64,000 nucleotides of DNA. Origin: Ignavibacteriota bacterium (GTDB lineage Bacteria; Bacteroidota; Ignavibacteria; UBA10030; CAVZMI01). Positions 10,643 to 21,200 of this stretch are shown here, one piece after another. The DNA is taken from NCBI GenBank assembly GCA_963835935.1, contig CAWIHK010000002.1:804108-868107 (forward strand), given 5' to 3'. The stretch's first letter is position 1. Every line of letters begins with the position of its first letter. The position numbers were made by a program, and so were the translations under genes. Below the pieces are notes generated by a model. The model did no database searches. It had not been told where the DNA came from and saw nothing but the letters and a program-made list of their open reading frames with translations.

Positions 10643-11419
10643 TCATCTCATAAAAAGGCCGCCGTCGACAAAAAAGTTTTGACCTGTGATGTAATGCCCT
10701 TTAGTGACGAGATAAAGTATTATGTTCGCGATATCATCTGGCGCCCCAAGACATTTCAAAGGAATTTCTTGTTCAGATCTTTGTAGATTCATCGGTTCAT
10801 CGAGATTATATCGTGTTCTCAATTCATCAGTGTTTATTCGTCCTGGCGTCACGGCGTTTACGCGAATACGCGGAGCCAATTCAAGAGCCATACACTTTGT
10901 TAGCGCAAGTATTCCGGCACGTGCACTGCAATAATTTGCTCCGTTCTTCCGACCTTTTATAGCAGTCACGGCACCGATGTTGATGATGTTGCCTTCCGTT
11001 CCCGAATAACGTCGTGCAAATTCCTGCGAGCACATGAAAGTCCCGCTCAAGATAGTCGAAACCACCGTATCCCATTCTTCATCGGTCATATCAAGAAATG
11101 GCTTATCAATATTAATCCCGGCGTTGTTGACGAGAACATCCAATCTTCCAAAAGTTTGGAATACCTTTTCAAACATGTTGTGAATTTCAGGCCGCGAACG
11201 AACATCGGCCTGACAAGTAATTGTGTCGAGTGCAGGTAAATCTTTTCGTAATGAATCTGAAAACGCGGATGCTTCATCAACTCTACTGCGATGATTTAAG
11301 GCAATAGCATAGCCTGCACGAGCGAATTCTTCTGCTATTGCACGACCTATATCGCTCAACGCACCGGTTATAAGCACAACTTTTGTTTTTGCAGAATTAT
11401 CGTTCGCCTTCGGAATCAT
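10643..11419 (-). CDS. SDR family oxidoreductase (FabG-like).
   Basis: ITGALSDIGRAI. NNAG. YCSARAG. Confidence 0.8.
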   Translation of the reverse strand: MIPKANDNSAKTKVVLITGALSDIGRAIAEEFARAGYAIALNHRSRVDEASAFSDSLRKDLPALDTITCQADVRSRPEIHNMFEKVFQTFGRLDVLVNNAGINIDKPFLDMTDEEWDTVVSTILSGTFMCSQEFARRYSGTEGNIINIGAVTAIKGRKNGANYCSARAGILALTKCMALELAPRIRVNAVTPGRINTDELRTRYNLDEPMNLQRSEQEIPLKCLGAPDDIANIILYLVTKGHYITGQNFFVDGGLFMR

Positions 11420-11559
11420 AATTATTCATACTTCTTGTCATACTTTTTTGATAACAATAACTTTAAAGTTAAAGTATCAAATAATAACACATTTAGCAAA
11501 CCTCAATTTTTATTTAGTTCTTGTTTTTTTCCGATTCACGTTTTCTGCAGTTTGCACAA

Positions 11560-12087
11560 TTACCATGTTATCTTAAAAGTACTTTTTCCAATGTTTTCTA
11601 CTTTTCCCGTTGTTACGCCACACATTTCTAAAATTCCTAAAAATACGCCTTCATATAAAATTTCATTATATCCAGGAGCCGGCGCTTGCACAATTACTTC
11701 TTTGTCAACAGCTTTTATTATTTTTCTTGGTATTACATCACTGCCTTTATGATTTAATAAAAAACCTTCCGCTTCAAATTTAATAAAGTCCAGCGGTGTT
11801 TTAATATTTTCAGGTATTCCGGCCGTCTTTTTTATAGTAGGATACACTTTTCTTCCTAATGTTACTATTGCTCTATAACCGCTCAAAGATGCCTTTGCAT
11901 AAAGTTCCATTACTTCATCGAAAATTTTTGTATCGTACCATCCTTCTTCTTCTAATTCAGTTCGACCTTTGTTAGTTACTTTCTTTAAATACTCATTAGC
12001 CTGAGCTTGAGCTTCCGGATAAGCCCCCATTAAACTGCAGGCCAGCATAATAAACTTCCCTTTTACTTCTGCCATATTGACCTCCAT
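11560..12087 (-). CDS. Hypothetical protein, possibly V4R-like small-molecule-binding domain.
   Basis: 175-aa ORF with a conserved-looking Cys (LGILEMCG). Weak call. Confidence 0.4.
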   Translation of the reverse strand: MEVNMAEVKGKFIMLACSLMGAYPEAQAQANEYLKKVTNKGRTELEEEGWYDTKIFDEVMELYAKASLSGYRAIVTLGRKVYPTIKKTAGIPENIKTPLDFIKFEAEGFLLNHKGSDVIPRKIIKAVDKEVIVQAPAPGYNEILYEGVFLGILEMCGVTTGKVENIGKSTFKITW

Positions 12088-12346
12088 AAATGATATTTAA
12101 GGAAAATTTCCGACAACGTTTTACAGTTTTTAACGCGTCGGATTTACTATTATTAAAACATTAAATGAAAATATATCTTTAATATATAAAGAATGCTGAC
12201 GCCATGTTTTTTCTGTTGGCCACAAAGTGCACAATTACTTCTATATTATCGACTTTTTCAGCAAAAACTAAATGGTTTTTACTTAAAAATTATCTACGTG
12301 AATTTCAAAGGCTGGATGACTTTATATCCCGCTATTTATTTTTACC

Positions 12347-13048
12347 TTGTTTTTTTCCACTCTTCTCCGTAATGTATTAATTATGATATTATTTAATAAC
12401 ACAATCGAACAATCCGATAAATCAGAAAACTACTATACTGAATCTCGTCCTGAAATGGTGCCTTATGTACCGCGGGACGCAAGAAAAATATTAGATGTAG
12501 GTTGCGGTGAAGGAATCTTCGGCCAGCAATTAAAACAACAGTTACATACGGAAGTCTGGGGGATTGAACTTAATTCGCAAGTCGCAGTACTTGCAGGAAA
12601 AAGAATTGACAAAGTGTTGGTTGGTGATGTGAGTGAGATGTTTCAAGAAATACCCGATCGTTTTTTTGATTGCATTGTGTTTAATGATGTTCTTGAGCAT
12701 TTAATCGATCCTTACAGCCTTTTAATTTCCATAAAAAGAAAACTTGCACCTGACGGTGTGATAGTGTGCTCGATTCCAAATGTTAGGTTTTTTTTTGTTC
12801 TTGTCGATTTGAATTTGAAAAAACAATGGAAATATGAAAATGCAGGAATTCTTGATAAAACGCATCTACGCTTCTTCACGGAAAGAAGCATACGAGATAT
12901 GTTCCAATCGCTCGATTATGAGTTACGGATATTAGAAGGCATTAAACCGACACATTCTTTAAAATACAAATTATTTAATCTGATAACATTCGGTTTTTTT
13001 TCTGATTCACGTTTCCTACAGTTTGCATGTGTGGCAAAACCCAAATGA
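12347..13048 (+). CDS. Class I SAM-dependent methyltransferase. True start possibly downstream (about 12383 or 12455).
   Basis: Motif I LDVGCGEGIFG. Motif II/III (CIVFNDVLEH, APDGVIVC). Confidence 0.75.
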   Translation: MFFSTLLRNVLIMILFNNTIEQSDKSENYYTESRPEMVPYVPRDARKILDVGCGEGIFGQQLKQQLHTEVWGIELNSQVAVLAGKRIDKVLVGDVSEMFQEIPDRFFDCIVFNDVLEHLIDPYSLLISIKRKLAPDGVIVCSIPNVRFFFVLVDLNLKKQWKYENAGILDKTHLRFFTERSIRDMFQSLDYELRILEGIKPTHSLKYKLFNLITFGFFSDSRFLQFACVAKPK

Positions 13049-13208
13049 AACATCAAAATGATTACTTGCAGGTACGAGCATTCACATTTCGGATAATAAT
13101 ATTTTGATAACCGTCGATGCGACGGAAAGTTACTAAGATGCATTGTTTGGAAAAATGAATTCCGATCGCTCGCGTAAATTCTGTCATGAACAAACATGAT
13201 AATTAATT

Positions 13209-13241
13209 AAAAGGAGGATTAATTCCGTAATCCTCCTTTTG
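13209..13241. terminator. Perfect 13-bp stem hairpin (AAAAGGAGGATTA / TAATCCTCCTTTT) with A/T flanks. Bidirectional terminator-like.
   Basis: Read directly: aaaaggaggattaattccgtaatcctcctttt. Confidence 0.5.
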
Positions 13242-13329
13242 ACAATCAATTTGTTTCAACACTATTTCAATTAAATAGAACGTTGGAATATTGTAGAGTA
13301 GGACAATAGTGCAGTGATGTACAGACTCT

Positions 13330-15293
13330 GTGAGCCCCGACCGTTTCTTTCCTTTCGGAAAAGTGTCCCTCTCAAGCAAGCCATCATCCTGTTATCCTAT
13401 TGAACCCTCGTCAAACCGTACGTGAGGTTTTCCCTCATACGGCTTTCCTGAAAGCTTAACATACTACGGTGAAAGTCGTGCAACGTGGTAATCATTGAAT
13501 AGTCCAAGTTGACCATAAAGATATTCCGACGTCAACTTACCCCATCCATATCCACGTCTCCCTCTACGTCGCCAAACAACATGCCGAATCCGTTTATTAA
13601 CATAATTCGCCAGATCGTGCAATGCCGATGATCCATGTCCTAACCTGAAATATCCCATCCATCCACATAGATAGCGGTTCAGATTATTCACCTGCTCCTT
13701 CACTCTTAGTGGAATTGAATGGTGAACATATTTCCGTACTGTAGCACGGAAGCGTTCCTGACTTTTCGGATTTGGGTACACCAGTATCATACGAGTGCCG
13801 GTCTTTCTGCTTCTGGCATTATGAAATCGGAATCCTAAGAAGTCAACACTCATTCCTGTATTAAGCTTGAGTGTGCGTGTCTTCTCAGTGTTCAGGTGCA
13901 ATCCCAGCCGCTCCAAATAGTGCTTTAGGATACCTACACCCTCTTCCAGATTCCGTTGTGCCAGAATCATCATGTCATCTGCATACCGTACAAGATGGAT
14001 GGAACCATTTCTGATTGTTCCAAGTCCTTCTCGCTTGAACGCATGATCTACTGGATTCAAATAAATATTTGCCAGTAACGGACTGATAACTCCTCCCTGA
14101 GGTGTGCCTTGTTTACTCTGGCGATGCTGGCCATCTTCGACATAGCCACAGCTTAACCACTGATGTATTACTCGTAGAATCTCGCCATCCGATATTCGTC
14201 GGGCTACAAGTTTCATAAGTTTGCCGTGATCTACCGTGTCAAAGTATTTCTCCAAATCTACATCGTAAATTTCAACACATCCCCAGTTCAGATATTTGTA
14301 TATTTCCCGTATCGCATCATGCGCGCTCTTCTCCGGCCTGAATCCATAACTTGAGTCGGCAAAATCCGACTCAAAGATCGGCTCCAGCATAAACAAGAAC
14401 GCTGTCTGAATCACACGATCACGAATGGTTGGTATGCCCAATGGACGTTGCTTTCCATTCGCTTTCGGAATATATACTCGCCGTACCGGTTTCGGCACAT
14501 AACGACGTTCCTTCATCTCAAGCTGAAGTTCTGCAAGATAGTCTTCGATTCCCTTCTTCTCAATATCCTCGAAGGTCTCTCCGTCTACCCCGCTTGCTCC
14601 ACCATTGGCTTTCACCTTGCGATAAGCTTCAGCCAATACATCTGCACGATAGGTCTTATCGTACAAACTGTAGAACCGAAACCTCGGCTCCTCTTTCGCC
14701 TTTGCATGCAACTTCTTCTGAAACTCCCGAAGCCACTCTGTGTTTGGTAGCTCACGCAATACACGCTCCTTTGTTTCTTTGTAAGTTTTCTTTCAGCAGG
14801 AGCCCTTCCCTCTGTCGTGTTTCCACGTCTTCATCGGTACTACGACTCCATCCGCCACCCTGCCATCTCCCCTCTCTTTCGTTTCCTTATAAGAGGGCTC
14901 TTCTCCATCTTTCTTTTTCTTCTGGGACAGCGAGGGCTTCCCAAGTCCCATTCCTGTTCTTTCCAGCCATGTCGTCGCTCATACCCCGGAGGTGACACAT
15001 GATCGTATTCTCTCTATTCTCGATCAATTGTTAATGACTTCGCCCATAAAATAGGGACTCGTCCACCTCAACTTGTCTTTACGAGGCTACCTGTGCCTTC
15101 ACATATTGTTACGACCTGGTTGTTTGCATAGCACCCTTTAAGGTTACATTGTCGAGTCGCTTAGCATGAAACCGTTTCCCGTCTCATACCGACTCCTTGC
15201 TACGTGGCGTTCAGAGTTTCACCACGGTCAGGACTTAGAGTAGAGCGCCCTCCCTCTTCACCTGACAAGATCAGGAATAGTTTACCTTGGCGC
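13330..15293 (-). mobile_element. Bacterial group II intron (ORF in domain IV). Boundaries approximate: 5' end within about 15200-15293, 3' end within about 13250-13400.
   Basis: Domain V recognisable on the minus strand at about 13404-13446 (GAAAGCCGTATGAGGGAAAACCTCACGTACGGTTT). IEP ORF 13464..14759 lies upstream of it. About 530 nt of non-coding sequence lies 5' of the IEP for domains I-III. Confidence 0.75.
13464..14759 (-). CDS. ltrA: Group II intron-encoded reverse transcriptase/maturase (RT domains 0-7 + X/maturase domain, no DNA-binding/endonuclease domain).
   Basis: RT motifs (RVYIPKANGKQRPLGIPTIRDRVIQ, FLGFRF, VRYADDMMIL YADD box). Maturase region (YLCGWMGYFRLGHG). Ends shortly after domain X. 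Confidence 0.9.
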   Translation of the reverse strand: MRELPNTEWLREFQKKLHAKAKEEPRFRFYSLYDKTYRADVLAEAYRKVKANGGASGVDGETFEDIEKKGIEDYLAELQLEMKERRYVPKPVRRVYIPKANGKQRPLGIPTIRDRVIQTAFLFMLEPIFESDFADSSYGFRPEKSAHDAIREIYKYLNWGCVEIYDVDLEKYFDTVDHGKLMKLVARRISDGEILRVIHQWLSCGYVEDGQHRQSKQGTPQGGVISPLLANIYLNPVDHAFKREGLGTIRNGSIHLVRYADDMMILAQRNLEEGVGILKHYLERLGLHLNTEKTRTLKLNTGMSVDFLGFRFHNARSRKTGTRMILVYPNPKSQERFRATVRKYVHHSIPLRVKEQVNNLNRYLCGWMGYFRLGHGSSALHDLANYVNKRIRHVVWRRRGRRGYGWGKLTSEYLYGQLGLFNDYHVARLSP

Positions 15294-18200
15294 TCATTTC
15301 ACCATAACCATTTTCTTTGTCGTAATAAAAGATCCAGCTTGAAATCTGTAGAAATACATACCCGATGTTGCTTTATATCCACACTCATCCAAACCATTCC
15401 ATGTTTCTGTCCACACACCGGCACGAAGATGTATATCATGCAGAAGCGTACGGACTCGTGTGCCGAGTATGTTGTAAATCTCGAGCGTTACTTGTGCATC
15501 CTCTGGGAGCGCAAACGAAATTTGAGTCGAAGGGTTGAAAGGATTTGGATAATTTTGTGATAAACTGAAATCCTTTGGCAAACTATTCGTTGATTGATTC
15601 TTTAAGTCCCCTTTATTTCCGAACACTGCACTCACAGTCTTCTCTTGATCCATGATAATCTCTATCTGGAGGCTAGTGTCATTTACATCTCCCGACCACT
15701 TGATGAACGTGCAATTTTCTTTCGCACAAGCAATCAATGTAACTTTCTCTCCTGGTAGATACGCCTCCTTCTTTGGTGATATTGTAATGCAATCGGCATA
15801 CTGGGAAGAATAAATCGTTGTCTTAAGCACGAATCCGAAAACTGCCGTTACAGTCTTGTTAGCGCTCACCGTAACTGTCGTTGATGATTTAGTTGAATCT
15901 GCTACTCCTCCAGTCCACTTTACAAACTGATATCCGGAAGTAGGTGTCGTAGATATATTGACCACTGTGCCACTATCACAAGTTTGTACACCAACTGCCG
16001 GTGTCGTTGTACCTCCTCCTACCGGACTCACTGCCATCGTCAGAGTGTATGTCTTCTGGAAAATTGCTGTCAAAGTCCTGTTGGCGTTCATCGTAGTTTT
16101 CGTTGATTGGAAGGTCGAAGTTGCTGTTCCACAAATCCATTTTACAAATCGATAACCTGCAGCTGGAGTCGCAGATATGTTGACCACTGTGCCACTATCA
16201 CAAGTTTGTACACCAACTGCCGGTGTCGTTGTACCTCCTCCTTCCGGACTCACGGCCATCGTCAGAGTATATGTCTTCTGGAAAATTGCTGTCAAAGTCC
16301 TGTTAGCGTTCATCGTAGTTTTCGTTGATTGGAAGGTCGAAGTTGCTGTTCCACAAATCCATTTTACAAATCGATAACCTGCAGCTGGAGTCGTAGATAT
16401 ATTGACCACTGTGCCACTATCACAAGTTTGTACACCAACTGCCGGTGTCGTTGCACCTCCTCCTACCGGACTCACTGCCATCGTCAGAGTGTATGTCTTC
16501 AGGAAAACTGCTGTCAAAGTCCTGTTAGCGTTCATCGTAGTTTTCGTTGATTGGAAGGTCGAAGTTGCTGTTCCACAAATCCATTTTACAAATCGATAAC
16601 CTGCAGCTGGAGTCGCAGATATATTGACCACTGTGCCACTATCACAAGTTTGTACACCAACTGCCGGTGTCGTTGTACCTCCTCCTTCCGGACTCACGGC
16701 CATCGTCAGAGTGTATGTCTTCTGGAAATATGCTGTTACAATTTTATTGGTACTCACCGTCACTGTTGTCGATGCTTTGGTTGAATCTGCCACCCCTCCA
16801 GTCCACTTTACAAACCGATATCCGGAAGCAGGAGTAGCGGAAATGTTGACCACCGTTCCTTTATTATAAGTATATACACCTACTGCAGGTGTTGTTGTAC
16901 CACTACTGGACGGACTCACTGCCATCGTTAGGTTATTATTTTGTGCCGATCGAAGTATTTTTCCATCACTGCCAACAATTGTAATGTTGTTGTTCTTATA
17001 ACTCAATCCTAATAGAAAAGCGGTAGTGCCACTATTGTGTGGTACCCAGGTTGTTCCACCGTTTGTTGTTCGGAGTATTGTTCCATAATCGCCAACTGCA
17101 CAGCCATTATTTGCATCTATGAAACTCACCCCATATAAATAATAATACATTCCACTTGTTTGTTTTACCCATGTTGTACCACCGTTCGTTGTCCGGAGAA
17201 TTATCCCACCGGTACCAACCGCACATCCATTATTTGCGTCAGTGAAACTCACGCCATATAAGGCATTACTCGTCCCGCTTGCTTGCTGTGTCCATGTTGT
17301 TCCACCGTTTGTCGTGCGCAGGATTGTTCCACCATCGCCAACAGCACAGCCATTATTTGCATCTGCAAAACTCACACCCCATAAAGCATTATTTGTTCCG
17401 CTTGTTTGTTGTATCCAGTTTGCACCGCCGTTCGTTGTGTGCAGGATTTTTCCGGCATAACCAACAGCGCATCCTTTATTTGCTTCTGTGAAATATACAC
17501 CAGACAATTCATAATATGTTCCGCTTACTTGTTGTGTCCAATTTGCACCGCCATTTGTTGTGTGTAAAAGTATTCCATTGGCACCAACCGCAAAGCCATT
17601 ATTTGCATCGGTGAAACTCACACTAAACAAATCATAATTCGTTCCGCTTGTTTGTTGTGTCCAGGTTGTACCGCCGTTTGTCGTTCGGAGAATTATTCCA
17701 CTAAGCCCTACAGCACATCCATTATTCGCATCGCTGAAACTCACGCCATAAAGCCACGAACTCGTACCACTGTTCTGGAAAACAAACCCATCGGGTAATG
17801 CAGGCGTCTGCAGCACCAAATCGCCGCTAATAGTGGTTCCCGCACTGTTGGCAAGTGTAATTCTAAAATGATAAATCGTGTTTGGTTGCAGCGTGGTTAA
17901 TAAACATGAAAGGTCATATTCACCAAGTGAATTCACCGGACTTTCTGTCACGCGAATACTAGTGCCGTATTTCGATGTCGTGCCGTAATCGAGAGTAACG
18001 GTTGTATTCAATCCGTTCGGAAATAACGCTATCCGTAAATCTATCGCGTTGTAATCCATGTAGTAAAATCCAAATGACGAAAGCGCTGGAGCGACAGGTG
18101 TGTACTTTTTCAACTTTATATAATAAGCTCCTGAATCATAACTCACGAGTGAGGGACTATTCTTCACATTTTCTAAAATATTCGTAAACTTATGTAAGCT

Positions 18201-21200
18201 GTCTCTTCTCGGCGTACCATTTGGGAAGTTGCCCCAGTTGCATGCATATCTAATATAATAAGTTCCCGCTGATGATATTGGGTATATTATTTTTTGATTA
18301 CCTAAAGTCGTGTACCACCAATCATATGCAAGAAGATTTCCCGCTGCATTGTATAAGAATAATTCCCCTTCTAAAGAGGACGTGTTTCCGTCAGCCGCAT
18401 AAATCTCGACAGTATCTTTAGCCGAAGCTGTAAATTTGTAGTAATCCACATCCCCTTTTGGACTTATCGATGCTGCAAGACTATCGCCATATTCCATATT
18501 ATTCGCCGTTGCGGCTGTATTATTTGGCTCCGTCTCTGTTGTCGGCGCCTTAAGCGTGATCGTGAATGGATTATCACTTAAGTCAAACAATGCAGAGTTT
18601 GAAGCATCGCTTATTTTTATCTTACACTGAGTGGATGCAACGGAAGGGACTGTCCAACTTAAAGCATAATTGCTTGCTGTTGTGCTTGCTGAGATTGTGT
18701 TCCAATTTGTTCCATTGTTTATTGTGTATTCTACTTTTACATTCGACACCAAACCTGAAGTCCAGCGAATTGTACTACTTTTGCCGGCTCGAAACACTTC
18801 ACCACCATTTGGAGAAAGTACAGTTATATTCGGAGCCAGATCACAAAGTTGGTATCCATATAATTTATCGGGATAACCTTGTAAAATTCCACCGATTGTG
18901 GCTTTGCCTGAAACGATGCCTGATGAAACAAATATGCCGCCGCTATATGAACCACTGCTGCCTAAACCGATATTGCTTAAGATATCATGTTGAATTCCGG
19001 TCGGCGATCCGGTTGCTACAGAAACTTGAGTAATGAGTTGGCTATTGTCCTGGCTTGCAAGCCAGAGATATGGTCCACCGGATGAATAACTATCATATGC
19101 CAAACCGGAATTTCCCGAGGAACCAAGATTCGCGAATGGAAGCGTTCGCAGTGTGACACCGGACCTATTGATGAGAATCAGATTCGAATACCAACTCCCA
19201 ATCCAGAAACCGCCATTCCCATTATCAGCGGTAGGATCATAAGCAATAAAGAGTGCCTTGAGTGGTGCTGTTATTGTTCCTTTGAGAGTTTTAGCAGTGG
19301 GATCAATGATACTGATTGTGGTGCTCGATGATGTAGCATAGATGTACGTGCCGTCGAACGTCATACCCATGACGTTTGAAACTCCGGAAATTGAAAATTG
19401 ATCAACGAGAGTTCCCTGCGCGGTCCAGCGATGAAGAAGATTGGATCCCCAACGTGATGTCCAGAATTGATTGGTTGATGGAAGAAAAACCACGCCTAAA
19501 TTCCCATCACCGCCTGTAACAGAAAGCGCATTGTAATTGAACTCAACGCTGAATTGACCCGCCGGCGGTGAAAAAATTGTAAATGCGCTGTCACTCTGAT
19601 CTGTGAGTTTTTGATTTGATTCATCCGTGACCCGAACCTTACATCGTTTAGAAGGTGAATTAGGAACTATCCAATCGATAACACTGCCGGTATATACAGC
19701 ATCTATAGCCGGAATGTCTTTTACTTTCGGAGAACGATATGCCATGGATGATACGGCAGTAGAAGCAACTTTACTGATGGATGGATTTACATCTCCAATC
19801 GAATTCCACGTCGCCCCGCTATCTATAGTATATTCCAGTTTGAGAGTTCCCGTATTAAGAGCATTCAAGACGATTTGCTTTGTGTAGCCTGCCGGCCATT
19901 TTTCTCCTCCGTTCGGAAAAACAACTTTCAGTATTGTATCGGTGGCGATTACCACAAGATCAGCATGCATTGTGAAAGAAGAGATGCTGATATTTTTTAC
20001 ACTTACGCCAGTCGCAGATAAATGATAATTTTGTGAATTCGGAACTGAAGAGTTGGTGAACGATGTATTATTTTGGGAACCGGGATAACAATCGCCCGGG
20101 TCACCACGATTATTATTTTTTTCTAGATTGAATAAACCATCGGCTTGTTCCAGTGCAACACGGTAGTGCCCGCTTGAAGTATGGCCGGGATACCACTCAT
20201 TATTATTGGTCGCAACCGAATCATCAACGTGATAAATCAATAATCCTCCGTTTGGAAGAGATTGATCGTAGGAAGTTAGTTGTCTGTTTTCAACAAGAAA
20301 ATACTCTGAACCTGGGGTTCCATTCTTCCAAAGTTTGAAAATCTTAGCGCTATCCTCTACTTCCGGTATTGCCTGAGAAAGCACATTCGCCGTTACGACC
20401 TTCGGCATCGCAAAACCCATTTGGATGCGGCACCAGGCGTCGGGATAGGATGGAGAACTGCCAAGATAACCGTTCCAGCTCCCACCTGCCATAATGCTCC
20501 AGTTACCAAGTCCTGTCGAACTGTAATCAGTGTCGTAAAGATCTGGTAATCCGAACGCAGCATGGCCTAATTCGTGAGCATAGACACCGATGGTCATATC
20601 GCCGGGAGTAACCCAATATTCAGGCTCCATTGCATAATGATAGATTTGAACGCCATTATATGATTGTGGAGAAGAGGTAGTCCAAGAATGCGACCAGATG
20701 TCGTTGTTGCTGCCGGTAAGCTCCGCACCGGGACCAGTATGAACAATAAATAATCCATCAACATAACCGTCGCCGTCGTTGTCATATTTAGAAAAATCTA
20801 TCTTCGTAGCGGCTAAAGCAACTGCATCTTCTACAAGCTTCTGGGCGTTTTGCGGGTATGAGCCAAAACCATTTACACCATTTACGTAATATGAATATGT
20901 TTGAGGAGCCTTAACCCAACCTATTGAACTCGGGAGATTGACAGTAACAATGTCAAGCTTACTATAGCTGGCGTGTTTATAATAATTTCTTAGCGTACCA
21001 GTTGAATCTTTAAAAATCAAATTATCAAATGATGTCGCAACGACTTGAGCCGGTTTGTCTGAGAACTGCACAAGAATCATTAGAGCATTCCACGAACCTG
21101 TAGGCGAAACGGAAGACCCAAACATTCTTTGCGGCTCATTGATCGATTGAATTTCATTCAGCTTTCGCAAATGCGGTGAACTCCATGGCATATCGACACC

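Noticed and set aside
14429-14995. 188-aa and 100-aa + strand ORFs antisense to the group II intron IEP.
   Set aside because: They overlap a well-supported RT/maturase gene on the opposite strand. They have a low-complexity Ser/Leu/Pro composition and no RBS.
15958-16869. Series of 65-81-aa + strand ORFs (MTTVPLSQVCTPTAGVV..., MEGRSCCSTNPFYKSITC...) recurring every 222 bp.
   Set aside because: They are antisense frame artefacts of the tandem 222-bp coding repeat inside the giant minus-strand gene. Their periodic identity simply mirrors the repeat.
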